This document shows, one piece after another, positions 29,028-40,600 of a stretch of 64,000 nt of DNA. Position 1 is the first letter of the stretch, and each line of letters begins with the position of its first letter. The position numbers were made by a program, and so were the translations under genes. The notes beneath the pieces are model-generated. The model was not told the DNA's origin, did no database searches, and worked only from the letters and a program-made list of their open reading frames with translations. The stretch comes from a bacterium (GTDB lineage Bacteria > Krumholzibacteriota > Krumholzibacteriia > G020349025). The stretch is taken from NCBI GenBank assembly GCA_031362565.1, contig JANLSU010000107.1:1-64000 (forward strand), given 5' to 3'.

Positions 29028-32000
29028 TCACGACTCGTGCCGGGCGCGCGCCGGTGCGGCGGCCGAGAGTCCGGTGGGCGCCGGGCTTTCGGCCGGCTTG
29101 GTACGGCGCCGGAAGCGCGCACTCAATTCGTCGAGATAGGTGTAGAACACCGGCGTCACATACAGCGTCACGAGCTGCGAGAACGCGAGCCCGCCGACGA
29201 CGGCGACGCCGAGCGGCCGGCGCGACTCGGCACCCGCGCCGGCTCCGAGCGCGATCGGCAGGGTGCCCATGAGCGCCGACATCGTCGTCATCATGATCGG
29301 ACGGAAGCGCACCAGGCAGGCCTCGACAATCGCGTCACGCGGCGATTTTCCATCCCGGCGTTCCGCCACCACCGCGAAGTCGATCATCATGATGGCGTTC
29401 TTCTTGACGAGTCCGATGAGCATGATGATCCCCACGAAGGCATAGATGCTGAGATCGAGCCGGGTGATGAACAGGATCAAGAAGGCCCCGAAGCCGGCGA
29501 ACGGCAGTCCGGTCAAGATCGTGATCGGATGGATGAAACTCTCGTACAAGATCCCGAGCACGAGATAAATCACCAGGATCGCCAGCACCAGCAAAACCAA
29601 CAGCCCCTTCTGCGCCTCTTCGAACGCCTGTGCCGTGCCGGCGAACGTCGTGCTGATCGACGCGGGCAGTTCGCGGTCCGCCAGGTCCTGAACCCGCGTC
29701 ACGACGGTACCCAGAGCGACTCCCGGTGCGGTGTCGAAGGACAGGGTCACCGACGGCAGTTGTCCCGAGTGATTCACCGTCAAGGGGCCGACATCGCGCG
29801 CCACCTTGGCGACCGAGAGCAACGGCACCAAGTCGCCACCCGGTGCCCGGATCGAGAGCATGGAGAGCGCGTTCAAGTCGCGTTGATACTGCGGCAAGAG
29901 TTCGAGGATCACCCAATACTGATCTTGCTGGGTGAAGATCGTCGACACTTGGCGGGCGCCGTAGGCGTTGTAGAGCGCGGTCTGCACGGCGTCGGCGGTG
30001 ATCCCGAGCGACGAAGCGCGGTCGCGGTCGATGGTCACGCGCGCTTCGGGATTCAGGATCTGCAGATCGGAGGTCACGTTGGTCACTCCGGGTACGGCTG
30101 CCACCTTCGCCGTGAATTCCTGCGACACCTGAAACAGTTCATGAATGTCCGGCCCTTGCAGGGTGAACTGATAGAGACTGCGAGTCTGCCTGCCGCCGAC
30201 GTTGATCGGCGGCGGGTTGGAGAGGAACCCCTGGATCCCGGGAATCTGGTTCAGCTTGGCGGCGATCGAGCGGCCGGCCGCGGTAGCGTCCAGCGGCCGT
30301 TCCTTGCGCGGCTTGAGGTGCAGGAACATCGTGCCCTCGTTGTTGCCCGAGGATCGCCCGCCGCCGCCGATCGACGCCATGAAGTCCTGCACGTTCGGAT
30401 CCGCGCCGACGACCTGGGAGACTTGTTGCGCGTAGCGCGTCATCGCCTCGAACGACGTCCCCTGCGCCGCCAGGAACGTCCCGCGCAGCATCCCCTGATC
30501 CTCGCTCGGGATGAATCCCTTCGGCACGAGCTGCGCCAGCACGACCGTGCCGGCGAGAATGAGCACCGAGAACAGCAACGTCAGTGGCCGGTGGTCCATG
30601 ACCCAACCGAGCGACCGCCGATAGGAGCCGACCCAGCGGTCGTAAAAACGCTCGGTCACGTCGTGGAAGCGGCTTGTCTTCCCACCGTGGTTCACTTTCA
30701 AGAACCGGGCGCAGAGCATCGGCGTCAATGTCAGCGAGACCACCATCGAGACCAGAATCGCCACCGCGATCGTGATCGCGAATTCGCGGAACAACCGCCC
30801 CACCAAGCCCTGCAAGAGCAGCACCGGCAGGAACACCGCGACGAGCGAAATCGTCATCGACACGATCGTAAAACTGATCTCGCGCGAGCCTTTGAGGGCC
30901 GCCTCGAAGGGTTTCTCCCCCATCTCGGTGTGGCGCACAATGTTTTCCAGCACCACAACGGCATCGTCGACGACGAAGCCCACCGCCAGCGTCAGCGCCA
31001 TGAGCGACAAGTTGTCGAGGCTGAAACCGAGCAAGTACATGACGGTGAAGGTACCGATGAGCGACAGGGGCAGTGCCAGGCTCGGGATGATCGTCGCCGA
31101 GAGATTGCGCAGGAACAGGAAGATGACCAGAATCACGAGCCCAATCGTCAGCATGAGGGTGAACTTGACGTCGGCGACCGATTGCGCGATGCCCTCCGAG
31201 CGGTCGAACATTGGGGTGATCTTGACCGCCATCGGCAGTTCGCCTTGCAACCGCGCCATGAGGTCGTTGACCCGCTTGGCGACCGCGACGGTGTTCGTGC
31301 CCGGCTGCCGCTGAACCGCCAGGACGATGGCCCGCGTGCCGCTGAACCAACTGGCGTTCTTGCTGTTCTGCACGTCGTCGCGAACGTCGCCGAGATCCTG
31401 CAGCCGGACCGGGGCACCGTTCCGCCACGCGACCACGAGGGGGCGAAACGCCGCGGCGTTCTCGAGTTGGCCGTCCGCCTGCACGGTGTACGCCTGGTCC
31501 GAACCCCACAGAATGCCGGACGGCTGGTTGACGTTGCCGTGCGAAATCGCGTCCGACACCTCGTCGATGCCGATCTTCCAGGCCTGGAGCTTCTGCGGAT
31601 CGAGTTGCACCCGAACGGCGTATTTCTGCGAGCCGAAAACTTGCACCTGCGCGACACCGTCGACCATCGATAGGCGTTGCGCCACGAAGCCTTCGCCATA
31701 CTCGTTGAGCTGCGAGAGCGGCATGGTCGCCGACTGCACTGCGAAGTACATGATCGGCTGGGTCGACGGATCGACCTTGCGGTACGACGGCGGCAACATG
31801 CCTTGCGGGAGCTGGCGCAGGGTCTGCGAAATAGCCGCCTGCACGTCCTGTGCGGCGGCGTCGATCTCGCGGTTCAGAGTGAACTGCAGGGTGATGGCGG
31901 TGGTGCCGAGGCCGCTCGAGGACGTCATGACGTCGAGGCCCGGGATGGTCGAGAATTGTTTCTCGAGCGGCGTCGCGACGGCCGAGGCCATGGTCTCCGG

Positions 32001-32165
32001 GCTGGCGCCGGGCAGTGACGCGTTCACACTCACGGTTGGATAGTCGACCGTCGGCAAGTCGCTGACCGGCAAGAGCCGGTACGCAATGCCGCCGAAGAGC
32101 AGGACCCCGACCGACAGCAAGGTCGTCATGACCGGCCGGCGAATGAAGGGTTCGGAGATATTCAT
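29028..32165 (-). CDS. RND efflux permease (MdtB/MdtC-like)
   Basis: MNISEPFIRRPVMT, GFVVDDAVVVLENI, GLVKKNAIMMIDFA, RFRPIMMTT. Confidence 0.95.
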   Translation of the reverse strand: MNISEPFIRRPVMTTLLSVGVLLFGGIAYRLLPVSDLPTVDYPTVSVNASLPGASPETMASAVATPLEKQFSTIPGLDVMTSSSGLGTTAITLQFTLNREIDAAAQDVQAAISQTLRQLPQGMLPPSYRKVDPSTQPIMYFAVQSATMPLSQLNEYGEGFVAQRLSMVDGVAQVQVFGSQKYAVRVQLDPQKLQAWKIGIDEVSDAISHGNVNQPSGILWGSDQAYTVQADGQLENAAAFRPLVVAWRNGAPVRLQDLGDVRDDVQNSKNASWFSGTRAIVLAVQRQPGTNTVAVAKRVNDLMARLQGELPMAVKITPMFDRSEGIAQSVADVKFTLMLTIGLVILVIFLFLRNLSATIIPSLALPLSLIGTFTVMYLLGFSLDNLSLMALTLAVGFVVDDAVVVLENIVRHTEMGEKPFEAALKGSREISFTIVSMTISLVAVFLPVLLLQGLVGRLFREFAITIAVAILVSMVVSLTLTPMLCARFLKVNHGGKTSRFHDVTERFYDRWVGSYRRSLGWVMDHRPLTLLFSVLILAGTVVLAQLVPKGFIPSEDQGMLRGTFLAAQGTSFEAMTRYAQQVSQVVGADPNVQDFMASIGGGGRSSGNNEGTMFLHLKPRKERPLDATAAGRSIAAKLNQIPGIQGFLSNPPPINVGGRQTRSLYQFTLQGPDIHELFQVSQEFTAKVAAVPGVTNVTSDLQILNPEARVTIDRDRASSLGITADAVQTALYNAYGARQVSTIFTQQDQYWVILELLPQYQRDLNALSMLSIRAPGGDLVPLLSVAKVARDVGPLTVNHSGQLPSVTLSFDTAPGVALGTVVTRVQDLADRELPASISTTFAGTAQAFEEAQKGLLVLLVLAILVIYLVLGILYESFIHPITILTGLPFAGFGAFLILFITRLDLSIYAFVGIIMLIGLVKKNAIMMIDFAVVAERRDGKSPRDAIVEACLVRFRPIMMTTMSALMGTLPIALGAGAGAESRRPLGVAVVGGLAFSQLVTLYVTPVFYTYLDELSARFRRRTKPAESPAPTGLSAAAPARARHES

Positions 32166-33304
32166 GAGTTCGTCGCCACCGGCAGAGCGGCGGTGGTTTT
32201 CACCTCCACCTTGGCTCCCGGAACCAGGCGCAACTGGCCATCGGTGACGACCTGATCTCCCGCCTGCAAACCGTCGGCGATGACCGCGAGATCGCCGGCG
32301 GCGCGGCTCACTTTGACCACTCGAATGGAGACCGTTCCAGCGGGATCGATCAGGAACACCGTGCTCCCCTGCTGCCCCGACGTCACCGCCATGGACGGCA
32401 CGACGAGCGCATTCTGCTCGACGTACAACTGCATGCGGACCGCCGCAAACTGCCCCGGCCACAGTGCGCCGGCGCCATTCGAGAAGCTCGCCTTCAAGAG
32501 AATCGTGCCGGTCGTGGGGTCGACGGTGTTGTCGACGAACGCCAGCCGGCCCGTCTCGGGCGGCCGACCGCCCGCCGGTTCCGCCACGACCTCGACGTCG
32601 GACATTTTCTGTTGCTGAATCACCGGCAGTGAACTGCCGGGCACCGTGAAGCGCACCAGGATCGGTTTGATTTGGTTGATCGTCACCAGCATGTCGCCCG
32701 GGCCACGCACCAAGTTGCCTTTGCGAATCGCCAAGCTGCCGGCCCGTCCGGAGATCGGCGCGCGGACCGTGGCATTCTCGAGGTCGAGCTGTGCCTTCTG
32801 GACCGCGGCGCTGTCCGCTTCGACGTTGGCGCGGAGCGCGGCGGCGTTGGTCCGGATCGATTCGAACTGTTGTGAGGTGACGTATTCCTGCGCCGCGAGT
32901 CCGGCATAACGTTCCACATCACGCGCCGCATTGATGCTCTGCGCCTTGTCGCGCGCCAGGACCGCTGACGCTTGCCGGAGCGCCGCCGCGAACGGCCGCG
33001 GATCGATCTCGAACAAGACCTGCCCTTTGACGACGTCATCGCCTTCATTGAAACGCACGCTCAAGAGCGGGCCTGCCACCTGCGCTTCGACGCTGACACG
33101 TTCGAGTGGCTCGACGGTGCCGCTGCCGCTCAGCGTATAAGGCACCGCTTGCCGCGTCGCAACCGCCGCAGCGACGGGAATCGCGGCGGAGCGCGGCGCG
33201 GGCTTCTTCTTCGCACATCCGGCCCCGGCCCCGACGAGGACCGCGGCGCCAACGCAAAGCACCCGGGCGGCGAGAGTTTCGAATCGTCGCGCGTCAATCG
33301 TCAT
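32162..33304 (-). CDS. RND periplasmic adaptor (MdtA-like)
   Basis: Lipobox-like GAGC, LFEIDPRPF, RAPISGRAG, VDNTVDPTTGTILLKA, LWPGQF. Confidence 0.93.
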   Translation of the reverse strand: MTIDARRFETLAARVLCVGAAVLVGAGAGCAKKKPAPRSAAIPVAAAVATRQAVPYTLSGSGTVEPLERVSVEAQVAGPLLSVRFNEGDDVVKGQVLFEIDPRPFAAALRQASAVLARDKAQSINAARDVERYAGLAAQEYVTSQQFESIRTNAAALRANVEADSAAVQKAQLDLENATVRAPISGRAGSLAIRKGNLVRGPGDMLVTINQIKPILVRFTVPGSSLPVIQQQKMSDVEVVAEPAGGRPPETGRLAFVDNTVDPTTGTILLKASFSNGAGALWPGQFAAVRMQLYVEQNALVVPSMAVTSGQQGSTVFLIDPAGTVSIRVVKVSRAAGDLAVIADGLQAGDQVVTDGQLRLVPGAKVEVKTTAALPVATNS

Positions 33305-34794
33305 GGAGACTCCGTGTCGGTCGAATCGGGTGCGAGGCGCAGGCCGGTCTGGCCGCGCTCGTCGAGGCGTCCGGTGTCGTGCGCCAGTTGAACCAGCGCC
33401 GTATGCCAAGTAAGACGCGCATCGACGCGCTCCGAGCGCGCCGTCGCGAGCGCGCTCTGCGCGTTCAACAGGTCGAGGACACTCCCGACCCCCGCCTTGT
33501 ATTGCGCCCGCGCCACTTCGGCCGACTGCGTTGCGGCGGCGAGCAACTCCTCGGCCGTGTGGACGCGTTGCCGTGCGGTCCGCAAGGCGTAGTAGGACTG
33601 GAAGACTTGGAAAGCGACTTGCTGTTGCAGGCGATCGAACGCCGCCCGGCTCGCGTCGGCGCGCGCCGCTGCGGACTGCTGCCGGTACTCGGCCGTGAAA
33701 CCCGAAAACAACGGCACCGTCGCACCGAATGTCATGTTGTAGCTGCCGGCACCCCGGCCGAGCGCCGATGTATAGGTACGGCCGGTGTTGGCGTTCAGGT
33801 CGAGCGACGGCAAGCGCGCGCCGCGCGCGGCGCGCACCTCGGCCTCGGCGGCGAACACCCGCGCCCGGGCGGCGGCGAGATCGGGACGCGCCTCGGTCGC
33901 GCTCGCGACCAACGCGTCGACGCTGTCGGCGATCGCCGCGATCGGCACTGCTTCGGCGGTGATGTCCACGTCGTAGTCGAGGTGTGACGGATCGCCCAGA
34001 GCCAGCGCCACGAGCCCCCGCGCCGTCTGCAGGTCGCCCTCGGTCCGCTCGGCCGAAAGCCGCGCCTGGGCCCGCGCGGTGCGCGCCTGGAGCACCTCGG
34101 CAATCGTCGCGACACCGGCGGCGCGACGCTTTTCGGTCACGGCGAGATTGGTATCGGCCTCGGCGAACGAGACGTGCTGGGCCTCGAAGAGTGAGCGCTG
34201 GGCCACGAACTGGAAATAGGCCGACTCGACCTCGAGAACGACATCCTGGATCGTGGCGTCGTGCAGTCGATTGGCGGCGACGAGCGCCTGCTTGGACGAC
34301 TCGATGCGGCCGCTGCGCCCGCCGACATCGAGAAGCAGCCACGAGAGTTCGAGCGACGGCCCGTATGAATTCTGCTCGACGGCGCTCCGGCCCTGCGAGG
34401 CGACGGTTTTCAAGCGCGTGAACGTGCCGCGTCCATCGAGCGTCGGGAACCACTCACCGCGGCTCGCGCCGTACTGTGCCGCTGCATCGCGGGCTTGCGC
34501 CCATGCGAGCCGCGTCGCGGGATTGTTCCGCAGCGCGATGTCGACCGCATCGGCAAGTGTGAGTGCGGACCGGGGCGAACCGCCTTGAACCACGGCGGAC
34601 GCCGGGGTGCGGGCCGCCAAGGGCTGGGTCGCCGGGTTTTTCGGCCGCCAAGGAGTCGCCGGCGTCGCAGAATTCGCCGCACCGCCCCACAGTCCCGGAG
34701 GCGAGGGCGCACAGCCCGTCACCGCGAGCCCCGTGACAAGAAGTAGACAAGCGAAAGCGCGCAAACTCGCTCCATTCTGCACCTTGGCGAGCAT
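33301..34794 (-). CDS. TolC-family outer membrane efflux protein
   Basis: Lipobox VTGC, LTLADAVDIALRNNP, RPDLAAA, YKAGVGSVLDLLNAQ. Start uncertain. Confidence 0.9.
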   Translation of the reverse strand: MLAKVQNGASLRAFACLLLVTGLAVTGCAPSPPGLWGGAANSATPATPWRPKNPATQPLAARTPASAVVQGGSPRSALTLADAVDIALRNNPATRLAWAQARDAAAQYGASRGEWFPTLDGRGTFTRLKTVASQGRSAVEQNSYGPSLELSWLLLDVGGRSGRIESSKQALVAANRLHDATIQDVVLEVESAYFQFVAQRSLFEAQHVSFAEADTNLAVTEKRRAAGVATIAEVLQARTARAQARLSAERTEGDLQTARGLVALALGDPSHLDYDVDITAEAVPIAAIADSVDALVASATEARPDLAAARARVFAAEAEVRAARGARLPSLDLNANTGRTYTSALGRGAGSYNMTFGATVPLFSGFTAEYRQQSAAARADASRAAFDRLQQQVAFQVFQSYYALRTARQRVHTAEELLAAATQSAEVARAQYKAGVGSVLDLLNAQSALATARSERVDARLTWHTALVQLAHDTGRLDERGQTGLRLAPDSTDTESP

Positions 34795-34808
34795 ATGGAA
34801 CCGCAGGG

Positions 34809-36155
34809 TTAACGTGCAAGGGGCGAGACCACGACCTTGCGTGCGATGGTTTCGGTACGCGCGTTGAGGCGTACCAGGTAAACGCCAGCCGCAAGTTGCG
34901 ACATCGTGCGCGGCGGCCAAGTGATCGAAGCACGGTCGACAGGACCATTCCACGCGCGGCCGACGCGGCGGCCGCGGACGTCGAACACGTCGATGGTGCC
35001 TTGGGCACGATCACTCGCGGCGGTGCGAATCACGAGGCGTCCTTGCAGCGCCGGATTGGCAACGACGAGCGACAGCTGCGGTGGCGCCGATTCGGCGCTT
35101 GCTGCCGGAGTCGCGAATTCGACGCCACTCACGACGACTTCGACCGCTGCACCATCGGCCGGCGGCACCCCGCCGGCGAGCCAGAGATTGAATCGCAGTC
35201 GCATCCAGGGTGCGGCCGGTGCGGGCCCGGGAGCGCGCCACGCCGCGACCGGAACGTTCGCCGCATCGCGCACTGCAAAATCCATCGTGTCCGGCCACCA
35301 TGTCAGATCCTGCACCGTCGGGGCGTCCACGGCAGCCGGCGCCGACATCGACCGATCTGGTTGGACGGCGAAGTGCAGGTTCTCGGCCGCAGCAACCCCG
35401 AACCGCCCCCACTCGATGTCGGCTTCCGCACCGGTGTCGGCAAACAAGAACCCGGCGAACACCACGTTGATGTCCAACGATCCGAGCGAACTCGCAACCC
35501 GAAATCGACAGCGCCCGAAATCGATCCGTTCGTCGGTCCACACTTCGGCGCATTCCCAAATGGAATCGCGCCGGGCGACGCGCAAGTGCAACGCGCCGGC
35601 GGGGTCCACCCAAACATTCGCGGGCGAATCCGACCACGAGTTACCACCCGGACCCAGCGGCACCGGCGCCGCCTTGACGCCCCAATTGCAGCCGGCAAAC
35701 TGAATGTGACGGATATCAGTCGACGCGCGCGTCACGGCCAGCACCGGGCCACCCACTTCAGGCAACGCGACGAGGGTCGGCGGCGGAACAAAATCGGGCC
35801 GCACGAGCAATGCGGCGTAGTCGCTCCCGCCGTGCGTCAACGATTCGAAACGGCCCGCGGCATCGAGACCGAGCCGCGATCCCTCGATCGGTTGCACGTA
35901 CTGCAGGTCGGTGGCGGCGTAGAGCGCTACGACGGCGGAGTCGGGATCGACACCAGTCGCCACGCCACGCACGAGTCCGGCCGGCACTCCGAAACAGCAG
36001 GCCGGTGGTGCTTCGAAGATTCGCACCGCCGGCGCCGCGGCGGCTGCGGCGCGCGTCGGTGCCGGCAGGAACGCCGGCACGAGGAGCAAGAGGCGCCCGA
36101 GCACCACGACCGGCAGACAACGCTGCCGCGAACGGACACGTCGAGCTTGGAGCAT
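34809..36155 (-). CDS. Secreted GH16-like glycoside hydrolase with T9SS type-A-like C-terminal sorting domain
   Basis: Signal peptide; GPGGNSWS, NVWVD, LHLR, WECAEV, catalytic-type EADIE; tail IDVFDVRGRRV...AAGVYLVRL...RKVVV. Start uncertain. Confidence 0.7.
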   Translation of the reverse strand: MLQARRVRSRQRCLPVVVLGRLLLLVPAFLPAPTRAAAAAAPAVRIFEAPPACCFGVPAGLVRGVATGVDPDSAVVALYAATDLQYVQPIEGSRLGLDAAGRFESLTHGGSDYAALLVRPDFVPPPTLVALPEVGGPVLAVTRASTDIRHIQFAGCNWGVKAAPVPLGPGGNSWSDSPANVWVDPAGALHLRVARRDSIWECAEVWTDERIDFGRCRFRVASSLGSLDINVVFAGFLFADTGAEADIEWGRFGVAAAENLHFAVQPDRSMSAPAAVDAPTVQDLTWWPDTMDFAVRDAANVPVAAWRAPGPAPAAPWMRLRFNLWLAGGVPPADGAAVEVVVSGVEFATPAASAESAPPQLSLVVANPALQGRLVIRTAASDRAQGTIDVFDVRGRRVGRAWNGPVDRASITWPPRTMSQLAAGVYLVRLNARTETIARKVVVSPLAR

Positions 36156-36168
36156 GACGTTGCCCTCG

Positions 36169-36744
36169 CTATCCGACCGGACCGAGATCGAGACGTGCGG
36201 TCTGCGCTCGCGGTTGCTCGAGGCAGGCCGCGACTCCCGGCGCATCGGCCGCGACCGCGTACAGACGCGCGACGTCGGGCGCGCTGAAGCCCTCGGCAAT
36301 GCTCCGGCGCACGAGCTCGAGAAGCGGGTCGTAGTAGCCCTTCACATTGGCAATGACGATCGGGGCGGCGAGTTGCGCGAGTTTGCAGAGCGCAATCACT
36401 TCGAGCACTTCTTCCCAGGTGCCAACGCCGCCGGGCAACGCCACGAATGCGTCGGCGCGGGCGCGGAAGGCGGCCTTGCGATCCGCCATGTCGCGGGTTA
36501 CGACGCGCTCGGTGCAGGGCTCGAATGCCAAACCGCGCGCCACCAGGAATTCCGGGATCACGGCGATCGTCGGCGCCCCCGCGTCACGCGCCGCGCGGCC
36601 TACGACGTCCATGAGCCCGACGTTGCAACCGCCCCAAACAAGCGCGTGGCCACGCTCGCCGATCCAGGCGCCGAGCCAGCGCGCGCACTCCACGAACTCC
36701 GGAGCGAGGCGCGAACTCGAGGCGCAAAACACGCAAACGTTCAC
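36169..36744 (-). CDS. LOG-family nucleotide phosphoribohydrolase
   Basis: VCVFCASS, GLM, MADRK, LPGGVGTWEE. Confidence 0.92.
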   Translation of the reverse strand: MNVCVFCASSSRLAPEFVECARWLGAWIGERGHALVWGGCNVGLMDVVGRAARDAGAPTIAVIPEFLVARGLAFEPCTERVVTRDMADRKAAFRARADAFVALPGGVGTWEEVLEVIALCKLAQLAAPIVIANVKGYYDPLLELVRRSIAEGFSAPDVARLYAVAADAPGVAACLEQPRAQTARLDLGPVG

Positions 36745-37697
36745 GGCAAACCTGCGGGGTTGGGATCGGACCGCGTGACGAGCGCCGCCGCGAACGCCTG
36801 GGGATCGAATTCCTCGATGTCTTGCAGGGTCTCGCCGGTGCCGATGAATTGCACCGGAATGCCGAGGGCGCGCTTGATGGCGACTACGATGCCGCCCTTC
36901 GCCGTGCCGTCCAACTTCGCCAAAAACAGGCCGCTCACCTGCACCGTCTGCAAGAATTCCTGCGCTTGGCGCAAGCCATTCTGGCCGGTGTTCGCATCGA
37001 GCACGAGCAGCGTTTCGTGGGGTGCTTCGGGATCCACCTTCTGCAACGCGCGGCGGATCTTCTTCAGTTCCTCCATGAGGTTCGACTTGGTGTGCAGACG
37101 TCCGGCGGTATCGACGATCAACACGTCGGCGCCGCGCGCCCGCGCCGCTTGCAGCGAATCGAAGGCGACCGCCGCGGGATCGGCGCCGTGGCCCTGTTTG
37201 ATGACTTGAACTCCGAGCCGGCCGGCCCAGACGGAGAGCTGTTCGACGGCGGCGGCGCGATAGGTATCGGCAGCGCCCAAGAGCACCGACTTGCCGAGTT
37301 CACGGTACATCCACGCGAGTTTGCCGACCGACGTCGTCTTGCCGGTGCCGTTGACCCCGACCACCATGACAACGTGGGGCTTGCCGCAGAGGCGATCCGC
37401 GGCCGTGGTGCCTTGCCCGCCCAACAGATCGATGAGGGAATCGCGAATGCCGTTCTCGACGGCGTCCATCTGCCCCGGCGCGATGCGTTCACCGCGCAAC
37501 GTGCGGCGCAACCGCTCGGTGATCTCGCCGGCCGCGTCGACACCCATGTCCGACGCGATCAGGATCGCCTCGATCTCGTCCAAGGTCTCGGCGTCGAAGG
37601 TCACTTTGCGAGTGACGAGTTCCTTCACACGGCCGAACAGCGTGTCGCGCGTCTTCTCGAGACTGCGACGCAAACCCTCGAACGGCGTTCTAAACAC
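36741..37697 (-). CDS. ftsY: SRP receptor FtsY
   Basis: GVNGTGKTTS, ADTYRAAAVEQL, DTAGRLHTK, TGQNG, KLDGTAKGG. Confidence 0.96.
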   Translation of the reverse strand: MFRTPFEGLRRSLEKTRDTLFGRVKELVTRKVTFDAETLDEIEAILIASDMGVDAAGEITERLRRTLRGERIAPGQMDAVENGIRDSLIDLLGGQGTTAADRLCGKPHVVMVVGVNGTGKTTSVGKLAWMYRELGKSVLLGAADTYRAAAVEQLSVWAGRLGVQVIKQGHGADPAAVAFDSLQAARARGADVLIVDTAGRLHTKSNLMEELKKIRRALQKVDPEAPHETLLVLDANTGQNGLRQAQEFLQTVQVSGLFLAKLDGTAKGGIVVAIKRALGIPVQFIGTGETLQDIEEFDPQAFAAALVTRSDPNPAGLP

Positions 37698-40600
37698 GCG
37701 GCTCCTCGCCGGCCTCCCGCGCATCGCCGGCGGGATCGGAATCCGGCGGGGCTACGTCCAGAACAGCGGTACCGGCGCCCTCCCCTGGCGATTCGACACC
37801 CGGGAAGTTTCGGTCCAACCGCGCCGCCCCCCGCCGTGTCGTGAGGGTAACCGATTCGGGGTCGTTGGTGTCGAGCACCGCGCCGGCTGCAACGCCCGCC
37901 AGCGCTTCCGCGGTCGGAGTCAGCAGTGCCGCGGCGCGAGCCACCCGTTGTGTCTTCTTCTTGAGTTCTTTCGGCTCGCCCTTCAATTCGCCGTCCAGCG
38001 ACACCGACACGAGCTTCGACACGCCCTCTTCTTCCATGGTCACACCGTACAGGCGGTCGGCCGCTTCCATCGTCAGCTTGTTGTGGGTGATGACGATGAA
38101 TTGCGTCCGGCCCTTGAACTCCTGCAGCAAGTTCACGAACCGGCCGATGTTGGCGTCGTCGAGCGGCGCGTCGACTTCGTCGAACACGCAGAACGGACTC
38201 GGCTTGACCAGGTAGATGGAGAACAAGAGCGCGATGGCGGTAAGCGCCCGTTCGCCGCTCGAGAGCTGCGTCAGCGTGTCGATCTTCTTACCGCGTGGCC
38301 GCACGAGGATTTCGATGTCGGTCTCGAGCGGATCGGCGGGATCGGCGAGCACGAGATCGCCCTCGCCGCCGTCGAACACCGTACGAATGGTCTCACGGAA
38401 ATGCTCACGCACCTGTTCGTAGGTTTCCAGGAACAGGAACTGCGCCGTCTGATTGATCCGTTCGATCGTTTCGTGCAGCGACTGGCTGGCCTTGAGCAAG
38501 TCTTCGCGCTGCGCCTCCAGGAACGTCAGGCGCGCCGCCTTCTCTTCGTGCTCTTCGAGCGCCAGGAGATTCACCGGTCCAAGCCGCCCGATCTCGTCGC
38601 GCAGGTCACGCACCACCAAGTCGTCCGGAATCGGATCCGCGTCGGTCCACACGAACATGAGCGCCGCGAGTTCGTCCTCGCTCATCTGATAGTTCTCGGT
38701 CATGCGCTCGGCAAGATTCTGCCGGCGCATGTTGCATTCGGCGAGCGCCATTTCGGCATGGTGCCGGCGCCCCTGCGCCTCGCGCCGCGCCTTTTCGAGC
38801 TCGTGCAAGCGCCCCTGCTCGGCGTCGATCTCGGCACGCTGCGCGTCGAGCAACAGGCCGATCTCGTTCTGGGCTGCACGTGCCACGCCCAGTTCACCGG
38901 ACAATTCGCCGGCCAGCGCCGTCGACGTCTCGAGTTCGGCGGCGTAGCGCTCTAAGTCCCGCTCGGCACGTTCGATTTCGTCGCGCCGGCGGGCGCTGAT
39001 GTCGTGCAGCTCGCGTTCGAGTTCCTGGAGCCGTTCGAGCTGGCGCGCGTGCGACTCCGCTTCGCCTTGCAACGTCACGAAAGCGACCCGCGCTTCGCCG
39101 ACCTCGTGGCGCAGGCGTTCGCGCTCCCGATCGAGTTCGGTGAACGCCACTTCGCGTTCCGCCAACGCGCGGCCGTGGTCGCCTTCTTCACGGCCGACGC
39201 GTTCGGCATCCTGCGTCAGATCCGGCAGCAGAGCCGACATGGTTTCCAACTCCGCCTCGACAACCGCGTGGGTCGCGCCCGCCTGGGCACGATGGGCGCT
39301 CGCTTCCGCGATCGAGGTCTCGAGGGTGGCCCGTGCCACCGAGAGGTCGTTGCGGCGCGACTCATCGGCGCGCAGTGTGGCGTCGAGGCGCAGGCGTTCC
39401 TCACGTTGCAGGCCGAGTTCGCTGTCGAGCACCGCCAGACTGGCGACAACCTGGGCGATTTCGGCGCCGACGACGCGCATTTCCTCGTCCAACTCGTCCA
39501 GGCGCTGGCGGCGCCCCAAGAGGCGCACGTCGCGCTCGCGATCCACACCGCCGCTCACCGCACCGGCGCCGGTCACCAGCATCCCGTCGCGCGTCGCGAT
39601 GCGCACCGCGGTGTCGCCGCACGCGGCGAGTGCGTCGAGGGCGGTCGCGACATCCTCGACGACGAGGGAGTGCGACAGCAGGCGGCGCAGCCATGCCGGC
39701 GCGTCGCCCTCCAAGAGATCGCCGGCGCGGCCGATGACGCCCGAACGCGACGCCAAGTCCGCGGCCAGCCGTGGGCCGCCTTCCGCCGGCGCATCCGGCA
39801 GCATGAGCGTCGCGCGCCCCAGCTTCTCACCTCTCAGCTCGTGCACGAGTCCCAACGCGCCGCTCGCATCCGACACCAGAAGCGCATCGACGACGTCGTG
39901 CAGCAGCGCGTCGAAGGCGGCTTCGAGGCCGGCCGGCGCCCGCACGTGTTCGGCGAGCGTGCCGAGGACGCGGCCGCTCGGCGCGTGCCGCTGTAGGAGG
40001 GCCCGCGCCCCTTCGCCGTAACCCTCGTAGGCGTCGATCATCGCTTGCAACATCTCGCGGCGCGACCGCGTCGCTTCCAGCCGGCTCGCTAAATCGGCGC
40101 GCTCTTCGCGCCGCCGTTCGAGCCGGTCGAGGAACGATTCGATCCGTTCGCCGGTCGCCTGCAAACCGGTCCGGCCGGTGACGCACGCCGCGTCGGCGTC
40201 GGCCAACTGACGGCCGACTTCGGCGTGCTCGTCGGTGAGCCGGGCGATGCGCGCCGCGTCGATCTCGAGTTCTTCCTCGAGCTCCTGCGCCCGCAACTCT
40301 TGGGCTTCGAACTTGGCGCGTGCCAGATCGAGTTCGCTGCGGCGCGCCGCCGAATCTTGTGCGAAATTGAAGGTGCGCTGCTTGACCTGGAGCACTTCGG
40401 CGCGGGCTGCTTCGTGGCGTTCTTCGCAGACCGCGAGTTGGTCCTTGCGGGACTGGAACGCTTGGCGTTCGACGATGATTTGCGCTTCGAAGTCGGCATG
40501 GCGCGCCGCGAGGCGGTCGCGGTCAAGCGCCACCTGCGCCAACCGCTGGCCGGTGACGGCGATTTCGGCGTTGGCCGCGGCGCGCGATTCGCGCGTCGAT

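Noticed and set aside
29028..34794. RND-MFP-TolC operon as a novel system
   Set aside because: Ordinary tripartite efflux pump with canonical motifs.
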